Positions 9,224 to 22,300 of a DNA stretch of 45,582 bases are shown one piece after another. The notes under the pieces are model-generated. The model was not told the origin of the DNA, did no database searches, and saw only the letters and a list, made by a program, of their open reading frames with translations. The position numbers and the translations under genes are program-made. The DNA comes from a virus (taxonomy: Duplodnaviria > Caudoviricetes), in the IMG/VR virus record IMGVR_UViG_3300032330_001755, positions 1 to 45,582 of that record; one strand, given 5' to 3'. Within the stretch, counting starts at the first letter, position 1. The number at the start of each line of letters is the position of its first letter.

Positions 9224-11308
9224 TTATATCGCCTTTCTGTAAGGCATTATTGATTCTATTTTTTGTGTTGCTTCCTGAGGCTTATAGTACCTCTTTGACT
9301 TAGCTGCTATAAGAGCAAATCCTGCTGCCATAGCATCATCGTACTTCTGTGTGTCGCCTACTTCAAATCCTAGCCATCCTGATTTATCTCCTAATAGTTG
9401 TGGGAAGTATACCTTGTTAATGTCCTTCTCAATATACGACTCCGTAAAGTCACATATTTGCTGAATAGTTTTTCCCTTACCATCTGAATAAATACCAGGC
9501 TCTACTTCCCCAGGCATCCACATTAAAAATCCACTACATAACTTCTCTTCAAAAAACTTCTTCCAACCATTTACGTTCCTCTCAAATAAAACCTGACAGC
9601 CACAAAACCATGCCATCTTTAATACGTATTGGTATTGAATATCTGTCGTAGCCGCTCTGTCAACGTAACGTAAAACAAACATATCGTTATACGGGCTGCT
9701 CTCATCCAATAGGTCTTCAATTTGATACGCATATGCTGCACAGTTTGATTTTCTGTTGTCTTTTGTTTTATCATATTTAAACGGGTCACATCCAATCCTT
9801 ACCGCATAGTTCCCATTTGGGGAAAAACTGCCTGCCCTTTGGAAAACATTGTTTGCTTCCTTGGGCATCCAACCTACTACCTTCTCATACATACCATTAG
9901 GATTTGCCACCCACATAAGTTTGCTAGGCTTCATTTCCCTAACACCGTTGCCATGTACGACTTCCTTATAATACTCGTCATTGTTTTCCCACACTAAATT
10001 ACCTCTTTCTACGCAATCTTTGTTAAAATTTAACCAATCTAATTGCTCATTTAATTTAAATGTGTTGTATATGCTGCCTTGTTGGGCTGACATAAACATT
10101 TCCTTCTCGTCAAACGGGTTCATACGAATCTCTTCCTCCATTAATGAGCCTTCTAAACTTGCTCTCTTATTTAAAAGATATTGTTTAGAACCTAGCATTA
10201 CATCTTCTTCTGTTAAATCGCCTATCCCTACAAATTTTTTAACTAAATAATCATATTGTTCGGGAGTTGGAGCATCTACAACAGACATCCCGTATTTATC
10301 TATAAATCCAACATAAGAATCCCAAGCTGGGCTAAAATATCTAACTAATCTAATTGGAGTTCTTTGCCCTTTTGTATGGTCTGCCAAATCCCATACTTTT
10401 TTAAATTCAGCTCCACCTGATTTAGACATTTCGTTTACCGTACTTGGTGCATCTAGCCAGCCAATTTTCTTTACACCCTGTACTAATGTTTTAGATATAA
10501 TTGATACTAATTCAGAAAATGGTACTTCTGGAGGCATCTTAGCTCCTTCATCTATCAGTAGTCTACTGGCTCGGGAGCTATCATAAACATTCTTTGCTGG
10601 CGCACGATAATCAACTTTACTTCTATGACCAGTATCTGTATCTATGGAACTCCCCTTGCCTCCCTTTACATTTACTGATTTATGGGCAAATACCAACTCA
10701 CTTACAGAATCTTTATTATTCATTTGCTTTGGCTTCAAGAAAACAGGCAATTGTCTGTAACCGAACGCTACCATGTTAGTAAAAGTATTTTTAGCATCCA
10801 CTTGCGTTTTACTAGTCAAACCACAATTACTATTCTTGAAAAATATACATTCATATATCAAACACGCTGTTGCTTGGGAAGACGCACCTTCCCTTCTTTT
10901 CTTACCTCGTATGCAGCCCAGTATAAATGGCACTTTTTCCCAATAATTTAAAAATAAAAAATATCTTCTGTCTGCATCTCTAAATTCTGGGTAACAATCG
11001 TCCTCTAATTTCCACCATTGTAAATAAAAATAGTTTTTACCTGTTATGTATGTAGGGTTTCCATTATTCATAAACCAAAAACCATTCTTACATCTTTGAA
11101 CTTCTTCTATTGCGTACTCTCTTTGTCTTTCATTTAATAATGCATTGCCCTCCCTATCATATTCAACTTCTTCGAAGTATTCTGGCAAATCCCTTCTTCT
11201 CCAGTATTGTTCTGATATATCATCTACTCCCCAACTTTCTATTTCTTCAATAGGCGGCTGTTCGGGAAGTGTTATTTCAGTATGGTATATTGTTATTATC
11301 TCAGGCAT
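9224..11308 (-). CDS. terL: Terminase large subunit
   Basis: Walker A-like KKRREGAS, Walker B LLIDEGAK, coupling motif PST, nuclease IGCDPF and C-terminal YDDAMAAG. Confidence 0.9.
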   Translation of the reverse strand: MPEIITIYHTEITLPEQPPIEEIESWGVDDISEQYWRRRDLPEYFEEVEYDREGNALLNERQREYAIEEVQRCKNGFWFMNNGNPTYITGKNYFYLQWWKLEDDCYPEFRDADRRYFLFLNYWEKVPFILGCIRGKKRREGASSQATACLIYECIFFKNSNCGLTSKTQVDAKNTFTNMVAFGYRQLPVFLKPKQMNNKDSVSELVFAHKSVNVKGGKGSSIDTDTGHRSKVDYRAPAKNVYDSSRASRLLIDEGAKMPPEVPFSELVSIISKTLVQGVKKIGWLDAPSTVNEMSKSGGAEFKKVWDLADHTKGQRTPIRLVRYFSPAWDSYVGFIDKYGMSVVDAPTPEQYDYLVKKFVGIGDLTEEDVMLGSKQYLLNKRASLEGSLMEEEIRMNPFDEKEMFMSAQQGSIYNTFKLNEQLDWLNFNKDCVERGNLVWENNDEYYKEVVHGNGVREMKPSKLMWVANPNGMYEKVVGWMPKEANNVFQRAGSFSPNGNYAVRIGCDPFKYDKTKDNRKSNCAAYAYQIEDLLDESSPYNDMFVLRYVDRAATTDIQYQYVLKMAWFCGCQVLFERNVNGWKKFFEEKLCSGFLMWMPGEVEPGIYSDGKGKTIQQICDFTESYIEKDINKVYFPQLLGDKSGWLGFEVGDTQKYDDAMAAGFALIAAKSKRYYKPQEATQKIESIMPYRKAI

Positions 11309-12338
11309 TTATTTTAATATTGGTGATTATTTTAGTCCCCTTTCTAAGATTGTCCGTACCCCACAATGGTTGTAAATTAGTATAATGGAAACATATTCTT
11401 TGTTGTGCTTCATCTGTCAAATCAAATTTAGAACAAGGTATTATGTGGTCTATATGTATCTTCCCTGACATGAAATCATTCCAAGACATATCTTTTGTAA
11501 ATAATGAAGTAAAATATGTTCTAAATTCTGGAACAGTACATCCTAATAAATTTTCAGTTGTATCAGCTTTTTTTATTTGACCTTTCTTCAAAGCAAATCT
11601 TATTCTGCTTCTAAGATTTTTCAATATTCTAAATGATATATTTGTCCTAGATTTTTCATTATTTTTTATTCTAGAATATTCTCTTATTTTTAATTTATTA
11701 TCTTCTCTATATTTTTTAAGTTTTTCTTTATTTTTTTCTTTATATAATTTATCAATAATTTTTCTTCTTTGTTTAACCTCTGGTCTATTTCTATATTCTT
11801 TATTTTTCTGAGATATTATATCTTTATTTTTATAATAATAATCATTGCTTTTTTTTATTAATCTATCTCTATTTTTTTTTCTATATATTTTACCATTTAT
11901 AGATATTTGTTCTTTTTTTCTTTCCGTATATCTTTTGCGACTTTCTGATACCTTTTCTTTATTTAAAATAACATATTGTTTATTTCTATTAGATATGGTA
12001 TCTCTATTTTCTTGAAAATATTTTTTTCTTTTTTCTTTTATTTTATCTATATTCTCTATTTCATATCTTCTTTTTCTTTCCGCATCACAAGGTTTGCAAT
12101 ATGGCTGAAAAAATCTACCTCCACCTGCTTTTTGATATTCAGATGATGGTTTCTCTATATTGCAATGTTTGCAAACTTTTTTATCTGCACGGGCTTGTGC
12201 CATTATCATTTCTTTTGAATGCAATGGCTTACATTTTTTGCAATTAGGTCTATACTTATTTTGTTCTTTTCTAAAATAGAATTCAGATAAAGGTTTCTCT
12301 ATATTGCAAACATTACATATTTTACATTCTTCTGCCAT
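11301..12338 (-). CDS. HNH-type (endonuclease VII-like) putative homing endonuclease
   Basis: Two CxxC...CxxC zinc-ribbon repeats, Lys/Arg-rich helical linker, C-terminal IHIDHIIP...FHYTNLQPLW...N..KG; very AT-rich. Confidence 0.8.
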   Translation of the reverse strand: MAEECKICNVCNIEKPLSEFYFRKEQNKYRPNCKKCKPLHSKEMIMAQARADKKVCKHCNIEKPSSEYQKAGGGRFFQPYCKPCDAERKRRYEIENIDKIKEKRKKYFQENRDTISNRNKQYVILNKEKVSESRKRYTERKKEQISINGKIYRKKNRDRLIKKSNDYYYKNKDIISQKNKEYRNRPEVKQRRKIIDKLYKEKNKEKLKKYREDNKLKIREYSRIKNNEKSRTNISFRILKNLRSRIRFALKKGQIKKADTTENLLGCTVPEFRTYFTSLFTKDMSWNDFMSGKIHIDHIIPCSKFDLTDEAQQRICFHYTNLQPLWGTDNLRKGTKIITNIKINA

Positions 12339-12339
12339 A

Positions 12340-12774
12340 TTATTTTCTTTCTTGGGCTATTAAATCAACAAATGGTTTAGCCTCTTCTGGTTTTTTATCA
12401 GCTTTTAATATACCCGACATTTGACCTAGTTGTGTTAGGGAAATGGCGATTTCAGATGCCCCCATCCATACAACTTTTAACCTATCAAACGACTTGCTCT
12501 TTGGGTCGTCAATGTCAAGGTCTTTCAAACTTATAGCGTTCATAAGGTCAGCCATTTCATTTGCCTTTCTGTTCAGGCTGTAGTATAACTTAGCCATTCC
12601 GTTGTCCTCGTACTTAGATAGCTTCTCTTCTAGTTTGGCTATTTTAGAACTAAGGTACTCTGGAGATGTCTTGTCTACTATTTCTTCATGTTGGGGAACA
12701 TACTCCTCACCATTTTTAGTAGCTACATCTTTTTTTCTTTTTTCGATTAGTTCGTTTAATTGTTCTTCTGTCAT
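12340..12774 (-). CDS. Putative terminase small subunit
   Basis: 144-aa helical protein upstream of TerL; call rests on position. Confidence 0.5.
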   Translation of the reverse strand: MTEEQLNELIEKRKKDVATKNGEEYVPQHEEIVDKTSPEYLSSKIAKLEEKLSKYEDNGMAKLYYSLNRKANEMADLMNAISLKDLDIDDPKSKSFDRLKVVWMGASEIAISLTQLGQMSGILKADKKPEEAKPFVDLIAQERK

Positions 12775-12800
12775 ATGATTTGAATTTGGTGGTTACTTAC

Positions 12801-13298
12801 TTATTTTTTAAATGCTCTTTTTTCAAACTCGTATACCCAGTTCTTATCAGTTTGGTCTATTGTCTCTAATTGGTTTAAGAACGTAGAATACTCAGCTACT
12901 GCTAGTCTCTGTATTGTTCTATACTGCTGTAAAAAATCCCAAGTACATGGGTCGTTCTTTTTAAATATCTCCATGCTTATTTTTTCATAAGCCTCATATA
13001 GTTCATATTCCATCTCATATGCTTTTTCAATAGCATCTACAAGACCTGTTACTTTTTGAGGTGATTGTATGGGAGGCATTGATGGTTGAATGTTCCAATC
13101 TGTCAAATACTTTTGTAAGCCTTCTGCATGAGTAAGCTCATCTACTGCTTCGCCTTTAAAATATTCAGCAGCCTTTAAGTAACCTACGTTTTCACAGTAG
13201 TTTGTTACTTCTCTATAATAATAGTGTGCCTTGTATTCATTACCTATTCTTTCGTTTAGGAGATTAGCAATGTCTTGTGGTAATTTTACTGGTGTCAT
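12801..13298 (-). CDS. ftnA: Ferritin (FtnA-like)
   Basis: 165 aa; LLNERIGNEY..H..Y, EAVDELTHA, AYEMEY and DFLQ.Y...Q pattern of the ferritin four-helix bundle. Confidence 0.85.
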   Translation of the reverse strand: MTPVKLPQDIANLLNERIGNEYKAHYYYREVTNYCENVGYLKAAEYFKGEAVDELTHAEGLQKYLTDWNIQPSMPPIQSPQKVTGLVDAIEKAYEMEYELYEAYEKISMEIFKKNDPCTWDFLQQYRTIQRLAVAEYSTFLNQLETIDQTDKNWVYEFEKRAFKK

Positions 13299-13308
13299 AT
13301 TTTATATT

Positions 13309-16300
13309 TTATTTTGTATATAATCCTAATTCATCTCTTGCTTGGTCTATAGCATTTTGATGTGCTGATTGTAAAGTTGATTTTATTTGTTTTTTTAATT
13401 CAGTTATTTCTATCTGTATTTTAGGGTCTTCTGATTTATTTTTAATTAGCTCTTTCAATCTTTGAATGCTAGATGAAGTATAAGAATCAGATAGATTTTC
13501 ATTTGTATAGTCATGGGAATACTTCATTACAAGTTCAGAAAACTTATTATATTCATCTGTTGTCATTATCCCTTTAGGATGAATATTGTCTGCTTTAACT
13601 GGATATGATAATCTTGTTCCAATTTTAGGTATTTCTATATCAGATTCAATCAAATTCTTTAATACAGGAGACTCCATTTCTTTTTCAGTAAATGCTACTT
13701 TTTGTTTATCATTTTTAGATATAATCCCTGTTTCTTTTAATATCTGGGGTTGTACTCTGCCTTTAATATCTTCACCTAATTTCTTGGCTTCATATGGTTC
13801 TTGTGTTGCCATAATCATGTGAACAGGTGTTTCTATAATAGGGATTTGTTCTGCTACTGCTCCAATACTTCCTAAACCTGCTTTTGCTATAGCTTCAAAT
13901 GTAGATACATCTTCATCTTCATTATATTTATTCCATAATCTTCTTGCTGTGGCTGCTGTTTGAATTACTTCCAATGGCAATGCGTGTTGTGTAGGTTTGG
14001 GAATTTCTACTCCCCCAACTTCCATTTTATCTGATGCCAAATCTTCATCATCTCTTTGTTTATTAGCATTGAATTTAGTATATAATCCGCCAAAACTAGC
14101 AAAACCAAACCAGCCTATCATCCATAAAGCAGTTCCCATAGTTCCTTGCTTCAATTGTCTCATTATAACATCTGCTTCTTCTGGTTTTAAATTTTCTATT
14201 CCTTTTCTATATGCATTAATAACATCTACATTTGCTTTTAATAATCCAAATGGAGACGTAATGCCTACTCTTCTTGCTATGTTGGTTGGAACTGATGATA
14301 TTGGAATAAGAAAATCTGCAACAAATTTATATGTAGCACCTACATTACCTCGTTTTTCCATTTCATTTTTCCATGCTGTGAATTTTCTTGTTAATGCATT
14401 GCTCTCTTGAAATATCTCATAATTAGCTCTTTTAAATGCAGCATTTTCTATTGATTGTATAACTAGCGGATGTGTAATATCTAAACCTTCTTTTGCAGCA
14501 TTCCTCATAGCATTATCAAAACTATGTTCAAATGTAGCTCTTTTAACAGGGTCTTTTATTATTTGGTGTAAATCAGTAGCAATATATAATACAGGTATAT
14601 GTTCATATTCTGATTTGCCCATTTTTCTATTTAAGTAAGTTGTACCTGTCTTTAATATATCCCATGAATTTTTTACAAACTTTTTAGGATTAAAAAATTC
14701 TTTATACCATTTTAATTCAGAATTCAATGCCATTGAACTACCTTCTATAGGAGCTTTTTTAGCTATACTTGAAAATACTTTGTTGTATATGCTTCCAATA
14801 GCTTGTTCGGGAATTCTTTTTACTGCACTACCTATTGTAGCTGCCGATGTCAATTTCCCTAACACTTTGTACCCAGATAATACAGCTAATCTAATGCCTC
14901 TACCCGCCCACATTAAGGATTTCTGATACCAATTTTTCTGAGATTCAAATGCTTGTCTTTTTAAATCTCTCATTTTCTTTTCAGCATTAACTACTCTTTG
15001 GTCAGCTTTAATCCATTCTGAATTATTATAAGGATTTAGTTCGCTTTCTTTTTCTTTAGTAACAACCCCTTCCCTTAATTTAGCCTCTATATTATCCGCT
15101 TTTTTATTCAATCTATCTATTTCGGATTGTATTGTTTTACTTGGGTTTACATTTTCTTTTATTAATTTTTTAGCTTCTGCTCTTATCTCAGCAACTTTTT
15201 TAGCCGCTTCGCTTCTTTCTTTAGATACGCTATACTTTCCGCCAATTAAATCAAGTACATCTTTTTTAGTCAGCCCATCTATTTGGTCTTTTAGCAAGTC
15301 ATGTATATTAGTCACAATATCATCTAACTTACTTATACCTTCTTCAACATGGCTTTTTATTAATTCCCCTACTTCAGGAGAAATAGCAGCTAATTGTTTT
15401 ATTTTTTCTATAGGTATGGGAACTGCTAATGAATACATAGTACCGCCACCTTTAGAATCCTTCCATTTCTTTTTTATTTTATCAACGATAGTTTTTCTTT
15501 CTTTTACAAATTCTTCTTTTGTTTTTTTAGCTTTCCCTTTTTGCTCTGCTTGTGCTTCTTTTTCTTTTTGGGCTATTTCTTTTTTAGCCTTTAAATCAAT
15601 TAAGTCTTTTTCTATTTTATCTTTTTGAGCTATAGCTTCATCTCTTTCTTTTGTTATAGCATCTATTTTTTCTTTTACTTGTTGGGGAACTTCTCCTGCA
15701 TATGCTTCTTTTATTAAATTCCTTTCTCTTGAAATATTAAACCCTGCATCTATTACAGGTTGCATAGAATATCCTATTTTACCCCATTTATTACCTGCGC
15801 TTCTTGCTGCTTCTGTTTGTTTATCTATTTCATCGCTTAATAATTGTTTCTTATTTGCAATTTCTGCTTTATCTATATCGTTATCGGCTTCTGACATTTG
15901 CATTGATAATTCCCTATCTTTTGCATCTAATTGATGCGCATAATATTGCATATCAAATACTTCTTTTTCATCATTATATCCTCTTTTCTTTTTTAAAATA
16001 TCATCAACCATAGAAATAGGGTCAACTTCTTCACTATCAATTCTCTGCTTTGCTTGCTGAAGCTCTTCTATATCTTTGCCCATTTTAGGTAATTCTACAG
16101 CAGGTAACCCTAATGCTTCTCTAAGCGGAATAGTTATTGCTTTTTTAACTCCTGTTTTTCTTTCTTCTACTGGCTTTACCTCTTCTTTTATTATTTCTGG
16201 CTTCTCTACTTCTACTTCTAGTTTTGCTTTTTGTTTGGGAATTTCTGGAGTAACTTTTTCTTCCATTTTCGGCTTCTCTGCCTTTACTTCCCCTCCTAAT

Positions 16301-19300
16301 AATCTACCAAATACATCTTTCACTTCTTGAGTTAATTTAACATCAATAGAAGAGCCTTTTATGTTTTTGTATATATTAACTAACCATTCTTTTAAATTGG
16401 CAAATACAGCTTCTAATGCTTTTGTAGGAGCTTTTCCCTCTCTTAAATATCTTTCAAATCCTCTAGCAAATTTTTCTTCTGCTTTTGTAGTCCATTGGTT
16501 ATCTTTTACATTAGCCCACTTTTTTACAGCATCATAATCTTTTGAAAATTGCTCATTTGTTTCTGCTAATTTTTCTAAAAATCTTCTTCCTAAATGACCT
16601 GTTATTTCATGAGCTAAAGTTGAAATATCTGCACCATCAAAAATATGGAATGTTGCTTTATTATCATTCATAAAATCAACAGCACCCTTTATCTTGCCAC
16701 CTTCATTTTGGAAAGCTATAATTGGATTGTTTCTATCTGCATCTGTTATCTTTGTTTCAATCCACTCCATTCCATTATCATCCCTTATATCAATAGCATC
16801 AGGTCTTGTCTTCTTTATCATTGCCCCCATTTCCTTATACTTATCTACTACTGTCTGCTGGTCTCTGGTTAGATTATCTTCAAAATCATCCTCTGTTGAT
16901 TCAGCCTCATAACCATCTGGCTGATTAAAACTTTCAACATTTCTTCTACTTTCTGTTACATAAACAGTATCCCCATTTGAATATATGTTTCCTCCCCAAT
17001 GAAATAAATCAGAAACATCCATATTATTATATTCATTAAAAATATCATCTTCTAATTTTTGTGATATATCTTTCCACCTTATTGTTTCTCCATCTTCAAG
17101 ACCTAATGCTTCTTGCTCAAGTATCAATTTAGCATTATCCCCCATCCATTCATCTGGCTCATAATTTTCTATTTCTTCTTTTGTTATATTGTTTAAATCA
17201 TTAAAATGCTTTTCTGCTTCATATTCTATTTCAGAATATCTATTTGATGCCTCTTCTCCTATATAATCCGATACTCTAAATACACTTACTTCATCTTGGG
17301 GAGCAACTGTAATACTATTTGAATCTGAATCTACAACCATTAAAGTCGTACCTCCGTAATCAATAGTATCTCCTTGCTCTAATCTATCACTATCTCCTCT
17401 TATTATTTCATAAGGGGCATTACCTTCTCCTGTATGGTCTACATATCCTTCTATTACTGCTAAGGTATATGGTGAGGGAAATCTTACCACATCAGCTCCT
17501 TCTTCTGCTGCGTGCTTCATCGCTTCCCTAAACAATCTCATTTCATGTACCTTCTGGGAAGCGATAAATTGCTTCTCAAGCATATTCTCTCCTTTTTCAG
17601 CCTTTATTTCTTTTGCTCTTTTATCTATAAATTCTTGTTTTTTACTAATTAAACCATTTACCTTATCATTAAAATAATCTCCAAGCTGGTCTCTAAAATC
17701 CCTAACTTTTACTTTTTCTTTTAACATATCATCTATATAGCCTTTTGCTTCTTCACTTGTGTCAAATTCACCTACTTTATATGACCTATTAATACCATAG
17801 TTTTTAAAAACTTCATATTTATATAATTGTTTATTTAAAGATTCTATTTCTTTATTAATTGCATCAAACTCTCTATTTGTTTTTACTTTATCTAATAGGC
17901 TTTCAAGTTTATGTATTTGTCTATTTATTTCTGGGAAATCTTCAGATTCAATTCTTTCATAATCAAAATATTGATTTGCTTCATTGTCTAAAGCATAACT
18001 TATTGCAGTATGTTCATCAGCTTGCCCTTCTTTATATCCTGGTTCTGTATCAAAAACTGTTCTTTCAGCTAACACTCTACCATCTTTATCAAGAACTTTC
18101 CATTCATCTTTTACTCGTTCTACCTTATATCCCCTTTCTTCTATTATAGCTTTTGCTTTTTCATCTCCAATTTTACTCCATACATCCCTGTTCATGTATT
18201 CATTAACTTCTGCTGAGGGAACTGATTCCGCAAACAAATCTGCTGCTTTTGATTTTTGATAAACATCGCTTTGAAGTTCTGCTAAATGAAATATATTATT
18301 ACGTTTGTCAAACCATGCTCTAATATGACCAAATAATCCTCTATTTACATTTCCTGTTGATGAGTTGGCATTTCTTTGACCTATCCAATGCTCTACTTCG
18401 CCTTTATTCCCTGCTGTTCCAACGTATTTTTGTATTTCTGCTTGGGGAGTGTTGTCAGGCATATCTTTATCTACGGCTGCCCACACTTCTGTATTGGGAA
18501 TTTGTCGTAGTTCCCAGCTCTTCCCATCCATACCCATAGTAGTAAAATCACCACTAAAGTGTCCTGTTTCTCCATGGTCTACTGGAGCATTAAATATTAT
18601 TGTTTTTGCATCTCCATATCCGCCACCAAGATTATCCCTGCCATATTTTGCATAAGAGTCTGTTTTTATTTTTTCAAGTTTCATTACTTGAATTTCAACA
18701 TCGTTTCTAAAATCATCAAATGATATTCTTTTTTGACCTTTATATTTATCAAATGCAAGAACATTATTAATGATGTCTTTTTCTATTTGTTTCCCTTTGC
18801 CTTTTATGAAGTCAGATATAGATTGATGAACTACCATTTGCCCTTTCATTTTTTCAAACTGAGGAGCATCAAATACTGATAATGTAACTCTTGAAATTGG
18901 GCGTGTGGGAACTGATTCGTCTTGAAATAAAACGCCTCCTTTATCCTTAATTGCCTTTAGGTCTCCTTTTTTAATATCAGAGATAAATGTATCATAGAAA
19001 TCATCTTGACCTGTTGTTTCTTTCCATACATTAGACATAGCATCAAGCATAGACATTTGTGCATTTATTTCTGCATCTGTCATGGGAACTGGCTTCACTT
19101 TCATTCCCATTGCTTTTTTAGCTTTAGCTATTACTGATTTGTCTGCGGTAACGAGGACTCCTTCATCTCTGAGTTTGATGAGGTTTGTTTTTGCTTCTTC
19201 TCTTTTACCAACATTGCGTGCAGATTGTTCCAGTCTTTCTTTGTCAACGGCTTTGGTTGTGGCTGGTTCGGGTTTAACGACTTCAGCCTTTCGTTTATCT

Positions 19301-22300
19301 TCTTTGTTTTGTATATTTTCATTTTCTTTTGTTTTTTGTTCGGGAAGTTCTACTTTAGGAAATCCTTCAAATCCTAAATCAGTAAAATCTAAATCAGATA
19401 TTTTCTTAACTTTTAATGGGTCTACTTTTGAATTTACTTCAATTGCAGTTGATGGAGCATCAGCACCAGATATTTTTAATACTACTGGTATATTATCTGC
19501 ACCAATTTCTTTTAAAGCATCTAATCTATTATGACCATCAGACAATCCTATTTTTTCATCATGTACATGATACACTAATTCTACAGGTCTTTTTATCCCA
19601 TTTTTCTCTATATCATTTTCAAGATAAAAGGTATCTCTACTTTTTCCTTGAGTTCTCATTTTATCTACTAAAGAGATAGGTAATATATCATGTGTTTCTT
19701 TTACATTGTTTACTATATCTGCACCTATAGCCATTTCCCCTACACCTTTTTGTTCTTGTTTGGGAAGTTCTGATTGTTTAACATCTTTTACATTTTTCCA
19801 TTGTAAAATAGTTTCATGACCTAATTCTTTTGCAGCAATTATTCTGTGTAACCCATCATCTGATTCTGGTATTGGAGGTGTTTTATTAAAATCTTTTTTT
19901 ACATTTTCAATTCTGGAATCCTCTTCTTTTTCATACCCTTGATGTATATCATATATATCCTTTCTTGTTACATCATGTATATTTGATAATTTTTCTTGAA
20001 CTAAAATATATTTCTCACCTTTTTCACCACTATAATCGCCACCAGAATTATCAAGTAAATCTTCAGAATCAATTACATCACCTACTTTATAGCCTCCCCA
20101 TTCAGTTCTTTCTTTTGGATTAATTATGATACCTTTCTGTTCCCCTACACCTTTTTGTTTGGGAAGTTCTGCTTGTTGTTTTTTAAATTCTTCTTTATAG
20201 TTTTCTATTATTTTATCTACATTATGAAAATCAGAAGTTAATCCTTCGGGTGCATTTTCTTCTAATTTTTTTGCTACAAATACAGCTTCATTAGGATTAT
20301 CAAATTCTATATTTGCTAATGGAGTTTCGCTTTTAGCATCTCCTACATTTAAAAGTATTTTCCCATTTTTTAAATTATCATTTACTCTATATTTATTTGT
20401 TTCAAAATAAATATTAGCACCTGTTCCTAATTGTTTTATTGGTTTTACTTCTTCCCCGACTTTCTCACCAATTCCTTTCCCTTCTCCTTCAATCCTTGGT
20501 GCTTGAAGTACTCCACTTGTGCTAATCTCTTCTGTGCCTGCTCCTTTGATAGGTTCGGTTGTGACAGGTTCTTCCCCGACTCCGACTTTACTTGGTAACC
20601 CTGGGATGTTTTCTTTATCATTTGTTTGTGTTTTTTGTTCGGGAATTTTTGCTTGTTCTTCTTTTAATTCAGTGTCATTAAAAAACACTTCAGCATCATA
20701 TTGACCGCCATCTTCTTTTTGAATCAAAACTTTCCCTACTAATTTGCCTTCAGAATTTCTACCTCTTATTTCTAGGAGCTTAACTTGTTTTACTCCTTCT
20801 GGTAATTCTTCTTCTCCAAATGACTTTGAATCTATTGCTGATAATGGTATATTAGGGGCAGGATTTTCTCCTTTTCTATTAATAGTATATTTTTTAGGAA
20901 TAAATTCGCCTTGCTCATCTTTTTCTATTGTCCCATTCTTAGGTAGCGCTTCCCCAACACTAACTTGCTCTCCTTCTACTCCTTTTTGTAGGGGAGCTTC
21001 TGATATTTCACCATTTAAAGGCTGCCCTGTCACATCGTTTACTTCATATGCAGATGGGTCATTAGTTTCTGTTATGCCTTTTATTTGATTATTTATTGCA
21101 TCTATTTGTTGTAGATATGGGTCTATTTGAGTAGCATCTTTAGATGACATTTCTGACATTAAATTATCTCTCTTTTGAATAAGACCTGCTACTGATGCTT
21201 GTGTTTCGGGAGTTAAATCTTGAGATGTTTTTTCTAATGACTTATTGTAACTATTCAAATCAGCCATTACAGCTTCGGTAGTTCCCTGAGGTACATTGCC
21301 CAATTGCTCATTATTACTCAATATAGCTTGTAATTCAACAGGGTTTTCTTTGCTTAAGCTATATTTTATAGCACTTCTTAATTGACCTGGTAGCTTTACC
21401 CCACCAACCACCGCTTGCGTAGTTAAATGCAACAAAGCTCCAGCAGTAGCGCCGCTTGCAAATGATTTAGCTGCATCATTTATCACTTCCCCAGCAGACA
21501 ACCTATATCTCTTATCCTCTATACCTGCTTCTATTTCTTTTCCAGTTTCTCCTGCTGCTGATATAAATCCTAATTCAGCAGAAGACTTAGCTGTGCCATG
21601 AGCTGTATTCTTTAATGTATTTGATATTGATTTTTCAAGTACGGGAATCGCTTCTTGTGCTATAGGCTTTGCTCCAATAGCAGTAAATGCTAAATTCGTC
21701 AATCCCCCAACTATCTCACCTGTAACTAATCCATTTTCAGCTTCACTCATTAAGTCTACATCAGACGCATCAGGGTTTTGTTCTTTAAGCATATTGAATC
21801 TTCTAAGAACTTCATCTCTACCACCTTGATTAACCATGTCTGGAGTAGTCATTGCGAATGATAGCACTGGTGCTAAACCCACTAGCGAAGCACCTGCCGT
21901 TTCTGGGGCTGCCATAACTGCTGCTGTTGCCATTATCCCTGCTTCTGTCATTTTAGTAACAAATGGCACTGCTCCACCTATTGTTTCTCCAGCTTTTCCA
22001 AAAAATGGAGATGGAGTTTTGCCTACATATCCTTCTTTGGTTAAAGCGTAAGTTTCTTCTCTTTTTTTGTTTGCATAATCAGCTCTTTGTTGTGTTGTCA
22101 TATTATTGACAAACTCTTTTGACTCTTCTTCATCATTAAAAGCCCTATTCAACGCATCCACTGTAGAATCCCAAAACCCAGTAGTTTGACTAAGTGCTGG
22201 TAGTTTTGTATTAGGGTCAACAGTATAAACTGCATCGTTGTTTTTTACAGCTTCCTCTATTTTTTTTCTTTGCTTAATATATGCTGGGGAATTTTTAGGT

